From the NCBI GenBank assembly GCA_965204455.1, contig CBDBEO010000004.1:2183485-2247484 (forward strand): 64,000 nucleotides of DNA, written 5' to 3'. Numbering within the stretch: the stretch's first letter is position 1; every line of letters begins with the position of its first letter. Position numbers and translations under genes: made by a program. The notes below the pieces were generated by a model that worked only from the letters and a program-made list of their open reading frames with translations, did no database searches and was not told where the DNA came from. This document shows positions 1-9,500 of this stretch, piece by piece. This DNA comes from an uncultured Candidatus Binatia bacterium. GTDB lineage: Bacteria; Desulfobacterota; Binatia; Bin18.

Positions 1-2
1 GG

Positions 3-717
3 TCAGGGATTGGTAGACCGCCGCGACCTGGAGCAGCAGGTCTTCGCGAAAATACGGGCCGACCAGCATCAGGCCGACCGGCAGCCCATCGACCTTGCCG
101 CACGGGATGCTGAGCGCCGGATGGCCGGTCAGGTTGAACGGGGCGGTGTTGTGGGCGACCAGACCCAGGTCCATGCCCAGCTGACCGCCGAACAGGGTAT
201 GCTCAATCGCCTCCTGGGCGTCTGCGGGCTGGCGATAGACCGGGGCGGTCATCGGACTCGTCGGCAGGGCCAGGACATCGGCCTGCGACAGGGCCTGGTT
301 GTACTGTTTGACAAAGGTGGGACGGACGTTGTGACCCTTGGCGTACAGCCGGCCGTGGGTGAAGCGGCTGAGATACGCGCCCATCAGCAGGCCGAGTTTG
401 TAGTTGAGCGGCAGCTCGTGGTCGTGGCCGTGTTTGAAGCGGCCAAAGCTGGAGATCAGCGAGCTGGGGTAGTAGGTCCTGGCAAAAGCCCCGCCCAGGT
501 TGGTCTCGAACATGTGTTTACCGCCCTCAAAGTAGATCGGCAGCAGGGCCAGCAGCGCCTTGTCGTGGAGCGGGAGCGGACACCGAGCTGAGCCGGGCGC
601 CCGCCCCCTCCAGGCTGGCCAGGGCGGCATGAACCGCCTGCTCGACCTCCGGCTGGCTGCCGACAAAGCCAAAACCCTCAGACAACACGCCGATGGTGAT
701 GCCGTCAATGCCGCGGC
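3..717 (-). pseudogene. C-terminal part of the same amidase in a different frame (frameshift around 590-610 at a C5 tract)
   Basis: Hand translation of the minus strand gives ...TAPFNLTGHPALSIPCGKVDGLPVGLMLVGPYFREDLLLQVAAVYQSLT*, the canonical amidase C-terminus. GC3 is ~88% on the minus strand versus antisense-like on the plus strand, so the + ORF 10..591 is a shadow. Confidence 0.6.
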
Positions 718-1543
718 TCAACGCCTGGCCGTAGTCGGGCAGCCGGGCCGGCAGCTGTGTCTGACGGGGATCGTAGCCGTCCGGTCCGGCCACGCAGCTC
801 AGCGCTGCGGTCAGGTCTTCGACCGTGCGTGTCATCGGGCCGACGTAGTCGATGCTCGGGTCGAGGCCAAACACGCCGGTGTGCGGAATAAGCCCGTGGG
901 TGGCCATCAGGCCCAGGCAGCCGGACCAGGCTGCGGGCAGGCGAATCGAGCCGCCCTGATCGCCGCCAAAGGCGATGTCCACCAGTCCGCCGGCCACCGC
1001 CGCAGCCGAGCCGGACGACGAGCCACCGGTGACATGGGCGGGATTGTGGGGGTTGAGCGGCCGGCCAAAATCGCCGATGCCGCTCAGGCCCGGTCCGCCG
1101 AACGAAAAGTCCTCCATGTTCATCTTGCCGACGATTGTGCCGCCGGCGGCCAGCAGCCGGGTGACGATGCTGGCGTCAAAGTCGGGGGTATAGCCGTCCA
1201 TGAAATGCGAGCCCAGGGTGAGCGGCACCCCGGCCACGCTGATGTGGTCCTTGAGGCCGATGGTTTTGCCGCTGAGCGGACCTTGCTCAGCGCCCGCCAC
1301 CCAACACTTGCGGATAAAGACGTTGAGCGGGTCCTCGTCTTCGGTCGGCCGGTAGCCCGGGTCGCGGTCGGTGACATCCAGGGGCAGGTGCTCCTCCTCG
1401 ATCCGTAGCTCGTGAAAGCGCTCAAAGCTGTCGATGTGCTCAAGCATGCGCGACTGCATGCTGCGCGCCTCGGCCTGGCTGAGGGCGAGGCCAAGAGTTC
1501 TGCCGTGTGCGATCACATCCTCGATAGTGGGCCGTGGCAACAT
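527..1543 (-). CDS. amidase (amidase-signature family), N-terminal 338 aa up to an apparent frameshift
   Basis: GGSSSGSAAAVA amidase-signature motif and typical amidase N-terminus. The ORF ends at 527, but the coding signal continues in another frame down to coordinate 3. Confidence 0.8.
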   Translation of the reverse strand: MLPRPTIEDVIAHGRTLGLALSQAEARSMQSRMLEHIDSFERFHELRIEEEHLPLDVTDRDPGYRPTEDEDPLNVFIRKCWVAGAEQGPLSGKTIGLKDHISVAGVPLTLGSHFMDGYTPDFDASIVTRLLAAGGTIVGKMNMEDFSFGGPGLSGIGDFGRPLNPHNPAHVTGGSSSGSAAAVAGGLVDIAFGGDQGGSIRLPAAWSGCLGLMATHGLIPHTGVFGLDPSIDYVGPMTRTVEDLTAALSCVAGPDGYDPRQTQLPARLPDYGQALSRGIDGITIGVLSEGFGFVGSQPEVEQAVHAALASLEGAGARLSSVSAPAPRQGAAGPAADLL

Positions 1544-1773
1544 ACTCCCGCCTCCTTTTGCGTCTTCCCATACAGGCGAGAGGGCGGGCTTGTCAAACGC
1601 GCCACAGCCCGGCCGTGGCGGGCCGGGTCGGCCCTGTGGGATATTCCTCGGGCTGGCTTGTGGAGTCTGGCGTTCTACTCACCCTTTCCGCGTGCGGGCA
1701 GCTGTGGTACAGGCGCGGAGAAGTGCTCGGAGGCCGGATAAGCCGGAGGCATCATTAAGCAGTGAGGGCGACC

Positions 1774-2127
1774 ATGACTATTAAGCGCAGCGATGTGGAC
1801 CGGGGACGGATAGACTTCTCGGAGGTGATATCCGGGCGGCGGCTGCCGCCGGTCCATCCCGGCGAGATTCTCCGTGACGAATTCCTGACGCCGCTGGAAC
1901 TCAGCGTGTACCGGCTCTCCCAGATACTCAAGGTGTCACGGCCGCGGCTGAACGATATCGTGCACGGACGCCGTGCCGTTACGACCGATACCGCGCTCCG
2001 CCTCGGGTACTATTTCGGGACGACGCCGGAGTTCTGGCTCAATCTTCAGACTCGCTACGATCTTGATGTCGCCGAGCATACGCTGCGCCGGAAGATCGAG
2101 CGGGAGGTCACCCCGCGTGCAGCATGA
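1774..2127 (+). CDS. higA: HigA-family antitoxin-like HTH (XRE) protein
   Basis: PPVHPGEILRDEFL...LSVYRLSQILKVSRPRLNDIVHGRRAVTTDTALRLGYYFGTTPEFWLNLQTRYDL matches the HigA antidote family. GAGGG RBS lies before the ATG at 1774. No higB is found adjacent. Confidence 0.75.
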   Translation: MTIKRSDVDRGRIDFSEVISGRRLPPVHPGEILRDEFLTPLELSVYRLSQILKVSRPRLNDIVHGRRAVTTDTALRLGYYFGTTPEFWLNLQTRYDLDVAEHTLRRKIEREVTPRAA

Positions 2128-2160
2128 CGCGCTCGGCGGTCCATACCCACGCAACAGCGC

Positions 2161-3102
2161 CTAGCGCTGATGGTAGAGCGGATGCCCGCGGACGCCGGTA
2201 TGCACGCGGCTGAAATGGTCGCCTTCCAGATTGGCAAAATAGAGGTCCTGCAAGCCCGGACCGCCGAACGCGCAGTTGGTGGGAAAATTCAGCTTTTGCC
2301 CTTCAGGGTCGTCAATCAACAGACTCCACTGCCCATTCGTATCCACTTTGATGATCTGATGGGCCGGAACCATGTTGACGCCCTGGTGGGCAATACCCTG
2401 GAGCGTATGGGAGCCGCCAATCTTCGCCGGCAGCGTGACGTAGAGGTTGCCGTCCACGTCGAAGGCCATCCCGTCGGGCAGGGCGGGAAAGTCTTTGGAG
2501 TATATTTCAGGTGGGCCAAAAGTCCCGTCTTTCTTGATCTGAATGCGCAGGCAGTCATCCCGGGTGCTTTCCAGCACGTAGACCGCGTCTTCATTCGGCG
2601 CGATAGCCGTTCCGTTGGCGAGGTAAATACCGGTGGCAACGACATCGCCCCGGCCGTCCGGGCGGATACGGACCAGCGCGCCATTCGGGGCCGGCTGTGC
2701 CAACTCGTCGAGCGCCTTTTCCAGTGTCGGCGCGCTCGACGAATTGGAGACGTATAAGTTCCCCTCGGCATCATAGCTGGCGAAATTCGGCATGGTGAGC
2801 TTCACGTCGCCCACCCGGTCGGCAATAAGCGAGACCTGGCCGGTCTGGGAGACGCGCATCACGGCCTGCTTGGCCAGGTCGCAGTAGACAATATTGCCCT
2901 CACGGTCCATGGTCACGCCGTTGGGCATGGAGCCCTCCGGCAAGCGGGCCATTTCACCCACTGTCCCGTCCGGGGTGACGCTGTACACAACGCCGTTGCG
3001 ACCCGCGCCATAGGCCGCGCCATCTTTATCAATGACCACCCCTTCGGCCTGAAGAACGCCTTGCCCAAAAATTTCTACCTGGTCCACAGAAAATGTCGCC
3101 AT
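2161..3102 (-). CDS. SMP-30/gluconolactonase/LRE-family beta-propeller protein
   Basis: Repeated ...DG.LY...-type propeller motifs (DAEGNLYVS, DVDGNLYVT, CAFGGPGLQDLYF). AAAGGAG RBS lies before the second Met. Confidence 0.7.
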   Translation of the reverse strand: MATFSVDQVEIFGQGVLQAEGVVIDKDGAAYGAGRNGVVYSVTPDGTVGEMARLPEGSMPNGVTMDREGNIVYCDLAKQAVMRVSQTGQVSLIADRVGDVKLTMPNFASYDAEGNLYVSNSSSAPTLEKALDELAQPAPNGALVRIRPDGRGDVVATGIYLANGTAIAPNEDAVYVLESTRDDCLRIQIKKDGTFGPPEIYSKDFPALPDGMAFDVDGNLYVTLPAKIGGSHTLQGIAHQGVNMVPAHQIIKVDTNGQWSLLIDDPEGQKLNFPTNCAFGGPGLQDLYFANLEGDHFSRVHTGVRGHPLYHQR

Positions 3103-3433
3103 GCTCCACGCTCCTTTTGCTGTCATACTGAGGCCATTCCGGCGTCAGTTCTGTAGGTCGGATTCGCCGGAGGCGTAATCCGGCGCCACCAGCGTACCGG
3201 CTGTCGCCACCATCGCTCCGATACGCCGTGCCGCTTGTTATCACTGACCGAATCGATCTTGGCAAGAACCGCTCCTGTCAAGACCGCCGCCATGCGCCGG
3301 CAGAGTCCAGGCATAGGGCTCAAGACCACGGCTTTTCATGAGGGGCGGGGCTATGCTAAGGCATACGGATAGACCTGCTCTGTCTCTCTGCAATGGCGCA
3401 GGGGATGAGGGCGGCCACAAGGAGGGTTCGCTT

Positions 3434-3967
3434 ATGACGACGCAAAAAGGTTTTTCGCATCTGGGTCTGTCCACCCTGGATTTAGACAAGACCCGCGACT
3501 TTTACGAGAATATTCTGGGTTTCAAGCCGGTGCGCTGCGATACGATCAAGGTCAAAGAGGGCGGGCATATCCGGCACATCTTCTTTGACACCGGCCGCGA
3601 CCAACTGCTGGCCTTCATGGAGGCGCGCGAGGTGCCGGGCGTGCCCCAGGAGTATGACGCGGGAATCAACCGCGGGCTCGGCGTGCCGAACGCGTTCTAT
3701 CACTTCGCGTTTGAGGCCGGGACCGAGGCCGGCCTGGCGGCCAAGCGTCAGGAGTTGCTGGACAAGGGCGTAGACGTGTCCGAGGTCGTGGACCACGACT
3801 GGGCCAAGTCGATCTATTTCAAGGACCCGAACGGTATGCAGCTGGAATTCTGCTGCCTGACACGCGATTTTGTTGACGACGACGGCGTCATGCAGGAGCG
3901 CTTCCAGGCCTCGGTCCGCGCCCTGGGCCTCGAAGATACGCGTGACCTCAAGGACGCCCCCCGCTAG
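3434..3967 (+). CDS. VOC-family (glyoxalase/bleomycin-resistance/dioxygenase fold) protein
   Basis: HLGLSTLDLDKTRDFYENILGFKP... VOC fold. AAGGAGG RBS lies before the ATG at 3434. Confidence 0.7.
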   Translation: MTTQKGFSHLGLSTLDLDKTRDFYENILGFKPVRCDTIKVKEGGHIRHIFFDTGRDQLLAFMEAREVPGVPQEYDAGINRGLGVPNAFYHFAFEAGTEAGLAAKRQELLDKGVDVSEVVDHDWAKSIYFKDPNGMQLEFCCLTRDFVDDDGVMQERFQASVRALGLEDTRDLKDAPR

Positions 3968-3975
3968 GCCCGCTC

Positions 3976-5418
3976 TCAATCGGTAGCGGTTGTGTCCAGC
4001 AGCCGCTCAACCATAGCCCGGTACTGCTTGACCGCAGGCGAGCGGTAGAAGCGGGCACGGGTGAAATTGGGGTCGCCGGCGTAAAACCACTCGTACTGGA
4101 GCTGGCGGCTGCCAAACTGCTCGCCCAGCATATCCCAGGCCAGCTTGAACAGCCGCACGCGCTCCTGGGCCGGCAAATCCTTACCGCGCAGATATTGTTC
4201 GAGATACGGCGCAATGGCCGGATTTTCCAGGTCCTTTTCCGTCGGCGTCAGAATCAGACCACTGCCGCTCAGCTGCCGCAGGACTTCCGCCGCCCGCATA
4301 TGCGCCTGGGGCAGAAACACCCACAGGCTGGCCGCCAGGGCGCGCAGCGAAGTGCCCTCGCGTCGGCCGGCGTCCACGTCCTGAGCCGCCGCCCGCACCA
4401 GGCCGTTGGCGATCTCGACATTGGCGATCAACTCTCCGAGCAGGGTCTGGACATGCGCGGCTGCGGTCCGGCCGATGGCTTCGGCCACCGAACACGCCAG
4501 ACCGGCCATGAAACGCAGCTTGACCGTGCCGCGAATCACCCCCTGGAGCAGGGCATAGCCGGGCGCGTGGCCAAGAATATAGTTGGACGCCTCAATATCG
4601 CCGTTGATAAAGACCCGCTCCCACGGCACTTCCACATCGTCGAAGATCGCCAGCGCGTCTTCCTCGTCAAAGCGGGACGACAGCGGCCGGTCAAAGTCGC
4701 TGCGGCCGGTGCTGTAGGCTTCACGACACACGAATTTGAGGCCGGGGATATCCATCGGCACGGCGAAACACAGGGCGTAGGCTTCCTCGCCCGGCTTGCG
4801 TGGGTAAAACGGGCCGACCCACAGCTCGTTGGAAAACGGGGCCAGGGTTGACAGCATGCGCGCGCCACGGACGACGAGGCCGCGGTCCGTCTCGCGCACG
4901 CGGTGCAGGGCGGCTCCGGGGTCGGCCTGCTCGGCCGGGCCTTTTGAGCGGTCGATCTGGGGATCGACCAGGGTGTGGGTGAGGCACCAGTCGCGGTCCC
5001 GGCAGTCTTCGTAATAGCGCAGGGTATTGTCGCCGTACTGTTTGTTGCGCTGGCCGATGAACTCGTGGGCGACCGCCGCGTCGGTGACCAGGGCGTTCAT
5101 GAAGTCGGGCAGCCGGCCCATCAGCCCGAACGTGGCCTCGGCCCGAAACTCCTCGGCCCGCACCCGACGGTCCACGTCCTGGGCGGTGTCGGTGATCAGA
5201 AAGGACAGGCTGACCGGCTGACCGTCGGCCGGGGAGGGGTAGGTCAGGAGGGACTGGTGCTGGGGATCGTGCTGGAGGTCGTACAGCATGGCCAGGGTAT
5301 TGATCGCACCCTGAAACGGCGGATAGGCCGTGACGTCCGTGACCCGTTCGCCGTTGACATAGATGCTGCGCCCGTCGCGCAGGCTTTCCCGATACTCCGC
5401 GCCGCTCCGAATACCCAT
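3976..5418 (-). CDS. 4-hydroxyphenylacetate 3-monooxygenase oxygenase-component (HpaB) family flavin-dependent monooxygenase
   Basis: 480 aa. N-terminus MGIRSGAEYRESLRDGRSIYVNGERVTDVTAYPPF is typical of the HpaB/phenol-hydroxylase family. GGGGGAGGG RBS. Confidence 0.8.
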   Translation of the reverse strand: MGIRSGAEYRESLRDGRSIYVNGERVTDVTAYPPFQGAINTLAMLYDLQHDPQHQSLLTYPSPADGQPVSLSFLITDTAQDVDRRVRAEEFRAEATFGLMGRLPDFMNALVTDAAVAHEFIGQRNKQYGDNTLRYYEDCRDRDWCLTHTLVDPQIDRSKGPAEQADPGAALHRVRETDRGLVVRGARMLSTLAPFSNELWVGPFYPRKPGEEAYALCFAVPMDIPGLKFVCREAYSTGRSDFDRPLSSRFDEEDALAIFDDVEVPWERVFINGDIEASNYILGHAPGYALLQGVIRGTVKLRFMAGLACSVAEAIGRTAAAHVQTLLGELIANVEIANGLVRAAAQDVDAGRREGTSLRALAASLWVFLPQAHMRAAEVLRQLSGSGLILTPTEKDLENPAIAPYLEQYLRGKDLPAQERVRLFKLAWDMLGEQFGSRQLQYEWFYAGDPNFTRARFYRSPAVKQYRAMVERLLDTTATD

Positions 5419-5440
5419 TTGGAATCCCTCCCCCGCGTGT

Positions 5441-5935
5441 CTATTGCCGCATGGCCGCGATCACGTCGCGCAGACCCTTGTCCTCCTGGGCGTACTCGAG
5501 CTTCTCCACCCCCAGATAGGCGTTGGGGTACTGGACGTATTCGGCGGCGTCGTTATCGCAGTAGACTTCGAGTTCGTAGCCGTCCGGGTCCTCGAAATAG
5601 ACGCTCCTGGTGATGCCGTGGTTGACGGTAAAGTGGACCGGCACGCCTTTGTCCTTGAGTTCGTGGTAGGCAGCCTCAAGCTCTTCCTGGCTGCCGAGAC
5701 GAAAGGCGATATGGGCCAGCCCGACCGCTTTGGGGTTGGGAGCCTCGGCCTCGGAGCCGATTTCAAACAGGGCCAGCTCGTGGTGGTCGCGTCCGTGGTT
5801 GGCCAGAAAGACGGCCCGAATTTCGGAAACATCTTTCATGATCTGCATACCCAGGACTTCAGTGTAAAACTTGCGCGAGCGGTCAAGGTCGCGGACCTTG
5901 ATGACGGCGTGGCCAATGCGTTCGGGGCGGATCAT
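5441..5935 (-). CDS. VOC-family protein (glyoxalase/extradiol-dioxygenase-like), co-transcribed with the hpaB-like gene
   Basis: IGHAVIKVRDLDRSRKFYTEVLGMQ... VOC fold. 22-nt gap to the downstream hpaB-like gene. AGGAGG RBS. Confidence 0.75.
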   Translation of the reverse strand: MIRPERIGHAVIKVRDLDRSRKFYTEVLGMQIMKDVSEIRAVFLANHGRDHHELALFEIGSEAEAPNPKAVGLAHIAFRLGSQEELEAAYHELKDKGVPVHFTVNHGITRSVYFEDPDGYELEVYCDNDAAEYVQYPNAYLGVEKLEYAQEDKGLRDVIAAMRQ

Positions 5936-5967
5936 AGCGGAACCTCCTGTGTGGGATGGGTTTACCC

Positions 5968-6423
5968 TTACTCGTTTTTTTCGACTTTCTCTACAGGCGG
6001 GGCAGGGCTGTGTTGGTCATGCTCGGGTGTCAGGCGGGCGATGTCGTAGCCATCGACGACGCTGGGTTGGCCGAACAGCTCGACCGCCGGGGCGACCTCG
6101 GCGAGCGACAGCGCCATGAGCAGCAGGCGCTCGGCCTCGGGCGGCAGCTTGTCCGGCGGAAACTGTTCCAGATGGGCCAGGACCTCTTCCATGCGCGCCA
6201 GCATGGCGGTGTAAAAGGCCCGGAGGTCTGCCATGCTGCTGGACTGTCGCTTGGCGCTGCGTTCCCCTTCGGTGGCCAGGGACCACTCCAGCCACGGTTC
6301 AAGATCGTGAAAGGCTGCGGGCAGGTGTTGCACGTTTGCTCTCTTAGCATTATTCCACCCCGGCCGGCTAGCGCGCCTGAAGGCGAAGGGCGACACAGGA
6401 TCGGACTCTGCTCTAATGACCAC
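5968..6423 (-). CDS. hypothetical protein (start uncertain, possibly the Met at 6234)
   Basis: Minus-strand GC3 ~75% in this ORF. No recognisable domain. Confidence 0.35.
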   Translation of the reverse strand: MVIRAESDPVSPFAFRRASRPGWNNAKRANVQHLPAAFHDLEPWLEWSLATEGERSAKRQSSSMADLRAFYTAMLARMEEVLAHLEQFPPDKLPPEAERLLLMALSLAEVAPAVELFGQPSVVDGYDIARLTPEHDQHSPAPPVEKVEKNE

Positions 6424-6582
6424 CCGGTGCGGGGGCAGCGGCTCCAGCCATGCCGGGCGGCTCTGCTTGAGACAGCCGGCCCCCCTTCGCCCAGACTCAG
6501 GACCTGTCTCCGAGCAGGGGAGGGGGGGCGGTGGTCAATCCCCTCCTTGGAAGGGTCCGGCGAAGCCGGGGGGTGGGTGGCC

Positions 6583-9500
6583 TTATTCCACGCCGGTGAC
6601 GACGAAGTTCTGCTGCGCCTCCTGCCACTCTACCGTGGTCGTCTGCCCGGCCGCCGGGAAGTCCGCAATGGTGTGCGTCTGGCGCAAGCCGCGCGCGAAC
6701 TCCCCGTCCAGCGTCGTCACCGTCACGGTACTGTGGGCAAACTCGTCCCCGTCGGCCACGGCCCGCACGGTATGGGTGCCGTCGCCCAGCAGGTTCCAGT
6801 TGAACAGCAGCCCAAAGCCATTATCCGTGTCTCCGCAGCGGTCGGCCGTGTCCAGCCGTTCGGTGCCGGAACCCGCCTCGAAGGTCAGGGACTCGTCCGT
6901 ATCGCCCGGCTCGAACACAATCTCGACCGTGTCGGCCTCGCACACCCAGCCGGAAATCACGCCCAGACCGCTCTGAAAGGACCCCGGCGCGGGGTTCTCC
7001 AACCGCGCCTGCTCGGGCGTCAGCTGTTCGCCGCCGTCTCCACCGTCGCCGCTGGCAATGACGAAGTTCTGTAAGGCTTCCGCCCAGCGCAGCGTGGTGG
7101 TTTCCCCCACGTCCGGGAAGTCGGGGATGGTGGTGGTGGCGTGGAGGCCCCGGCGGTACTCCTGCTCGGCGTGGTCGCCGAGGGTGGTGACGGTGATCTG
7201 CCGCTCGGCAAACACCACGTCAGCAATCCGCACCCGCACGGTATGCGCCCCGTCGCCGAGCAGGTTCCAGTTGAACAGCAGGCCGAAGCCGGTGTCGGTG
7301 GTCTCCGCGCCACACACCCCGGCGGTGTCGGCCCGGGCCGTGCCGGTGGCCGGGACCACCAGGTGCGGCTCGCCGTTTTCCGGGACCAGCTCCATCTCGA
7401 CCGTGGCGGTCGCGCACACCCAGCCGGACAGCACGCCCAGGCCGCTCTGGGGCGCATTCGGGGCGGGGTTATCGACAAAGGCCGGGGTGTAGTCCACGCC
7501 CAGGCGGTAGTCGCCGAAGCTGGTCCCGGCCGACACGGACAGGTAGTAGGTGCCGGGTTCGACGGCTACGCCCAGCCGGAACGGGCCGCTCGCGGTGTCT
7601 GCGGCCACCAGGGCGGGCGCGCCGTCGGTTTGGGCCTGGTACAGCCGCCCGGTGGTGTCGGGGCCGGTGGTGTGGGCGAGGAGCACGCCGGCGTGGGGAA
7701 TCTCGATGGCAAAGGTGTCCACGTCGGTAAAGCTCTGGAGGCGGGCGTCGAGCCGGCGGCGGAGATAGCCGGTGGTGTAGCGCCGGGGATTGAGGGAGGT
7801 CGCCTCGTCCAGGGTGTCGCCGTGCTGGTCGGGCGCACGGCGGGCGCCGCCGCCCCCGCCGCCCCTGCCGCCCGTGGTGGGGGGCCGTGGCGGCGTGGCC
7901 GTGCGCTCGGGCAGGGTGCCTTCGTAGTACAACCGGGGGCTGGTGGGGTGGTCGGTGGTCCGCACCAGGAAGGCGATGATCGCACCAGGGGTCGGGCCGC
8001 TGACGGTGGCCATGGTGCCGGTGACTGACGCGGAGGCCCATCTGCCGGCACGATACCACGCGGTATAGCCGCTGGGGGCGGGGTCGGCGGGTTGTGGTTC
8101 CCACGTGGCGGTGAACCCGGTGGAGTGGGACCGGATGTGCAGCTTGTCCACCAGGGTTGGGACGGTGCAGTCGGTGGTGCCCGCCTCGCCGTCCGCATCA
8201 CCGTACAGACATATCGCCGTGCCGTCGCCGGGGGCGATCAGGATCAGGCTGGCATCATCTGCCATGGTGGCGGGATAGCCGTACAGGTCGGGGTTGCCAT
8301 ACAGGGAGAGATACTCCAGCTCTGTTAGGGTGTCCCGAGCAAGCGAAGCGGGAATCGGCCCGACCAGGTCGTTGTTGTGGAGATAGAGGCGGTGCAGCTT
8401 GGTGGGCAGGGTGGTGGGAATCGCCCCGGTCAGGGCGTTGTCCTGGAGTTCGAGTTCTCGCAGGGCGGTCAGGCTGCTGAGGTCGGGAATCGGCCCGTTC
8501 AGTTGGTTGTGGTTGAGTTGGAGGCGTTGCAGGGTCGCAGCGGGCAGCTTGGCAGCCAGCCCATCGAGCGGGGCTGTAATCTGCTGCCCGTCCGTATCCA
8601 GGCCGAGTTGGTTGGCGTGGAGTCGGAGATTTTGCAGCTTGGTCAGGGCGCTGAGGTTGGGAATCGGCCCGTTCAGTTGGTTGTGGTCGAGACCGAGATG
8701 TAGCAGGAGGGTCAGGGCGCTGAGGTCGGGAATCTCCCCGCTGAGTTGGTTGTGGTCGAGATAGAGGACTCGCAGGTTGGTCTGGCTGATGAGGTCGGTG
8801 GGAATCTCCCCGCTGAGTTGGTTGTGGTCGAGATAGAGGTAGCCCAGGCCGGCGGGCAGGGCGAGGACTCGTGGGCTGTCCGGGTCGGTCGGGTCGGTCA
8901 GCTTGGTGGGAATCTCCCCGCTGAGTTGGTTGGTGCCGAGATAGATGTTTTGCAGGCTGGTCAGGCTGCTGAGGTCGGGAATCTCCCCGCTGAGTTGGTT
9001 GCGGTCGAGATGGAGGTTGCTCAGGCCGGCGGGCAGGGCGGGGACTCGTGGGCTGTTCGGGTCGGTCGGGTCGGTCAGCTTGGTGGGAATCGGCCCGTCA
9101 AGGTCGTTGTCGCTGAGATGGAGGCTGATCAGGCTGGTCAGGCTGCTGAGGTCGGGAATCGGTCCGCGGAGTTGGTTTTTGTCGAGAGAGAGGTGGGCCA
9201 GGGTCGCAGCGGGCAGCTTGGCAGCCAGCCCATCAAGCGGGGTTGCAATCCGCTGCCCGTTCGTAGCCAGGCCGAGTTGGGTGTCGTCGAGATTGAGGTG
9301 AGTCAGGCTGGTCAGGCTGCTGAGGTCGGGAATCGGTCCGCGGAGTTGGTTGGTGTAGAGATAGAGTTCTTGCAGGCTGGTCAGGGCGCTGAGGTCGGGA
9401 ATCGTCCCGCTGAGTTGGTTTTTGTGGAGAAAGAGGCGTTGCAGGTTGGTCAGGTTGCCCAAGGTGGCGGGAATCGTCCCGCTGAGTTGGTTGTTGTCGA

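Noticed and set aside
10-591. 193-aa plus-strand ORF at the window start
   Set aside because: Antisense shadow of the amidase C-terminal region. First codon positions are ~88% GC, meaning the minus strand carries the GC3 signal. The amino-acid composition is typical R/Q/V/G-rich shadow.
1412-1784. Three overlapping plus ORFs upstream of higA, examined as a possible HigB toxin
   Set aside because: None shows a RelE/HigB-like sequence. The region is more likely a divergent promoter between the amidase and higA.
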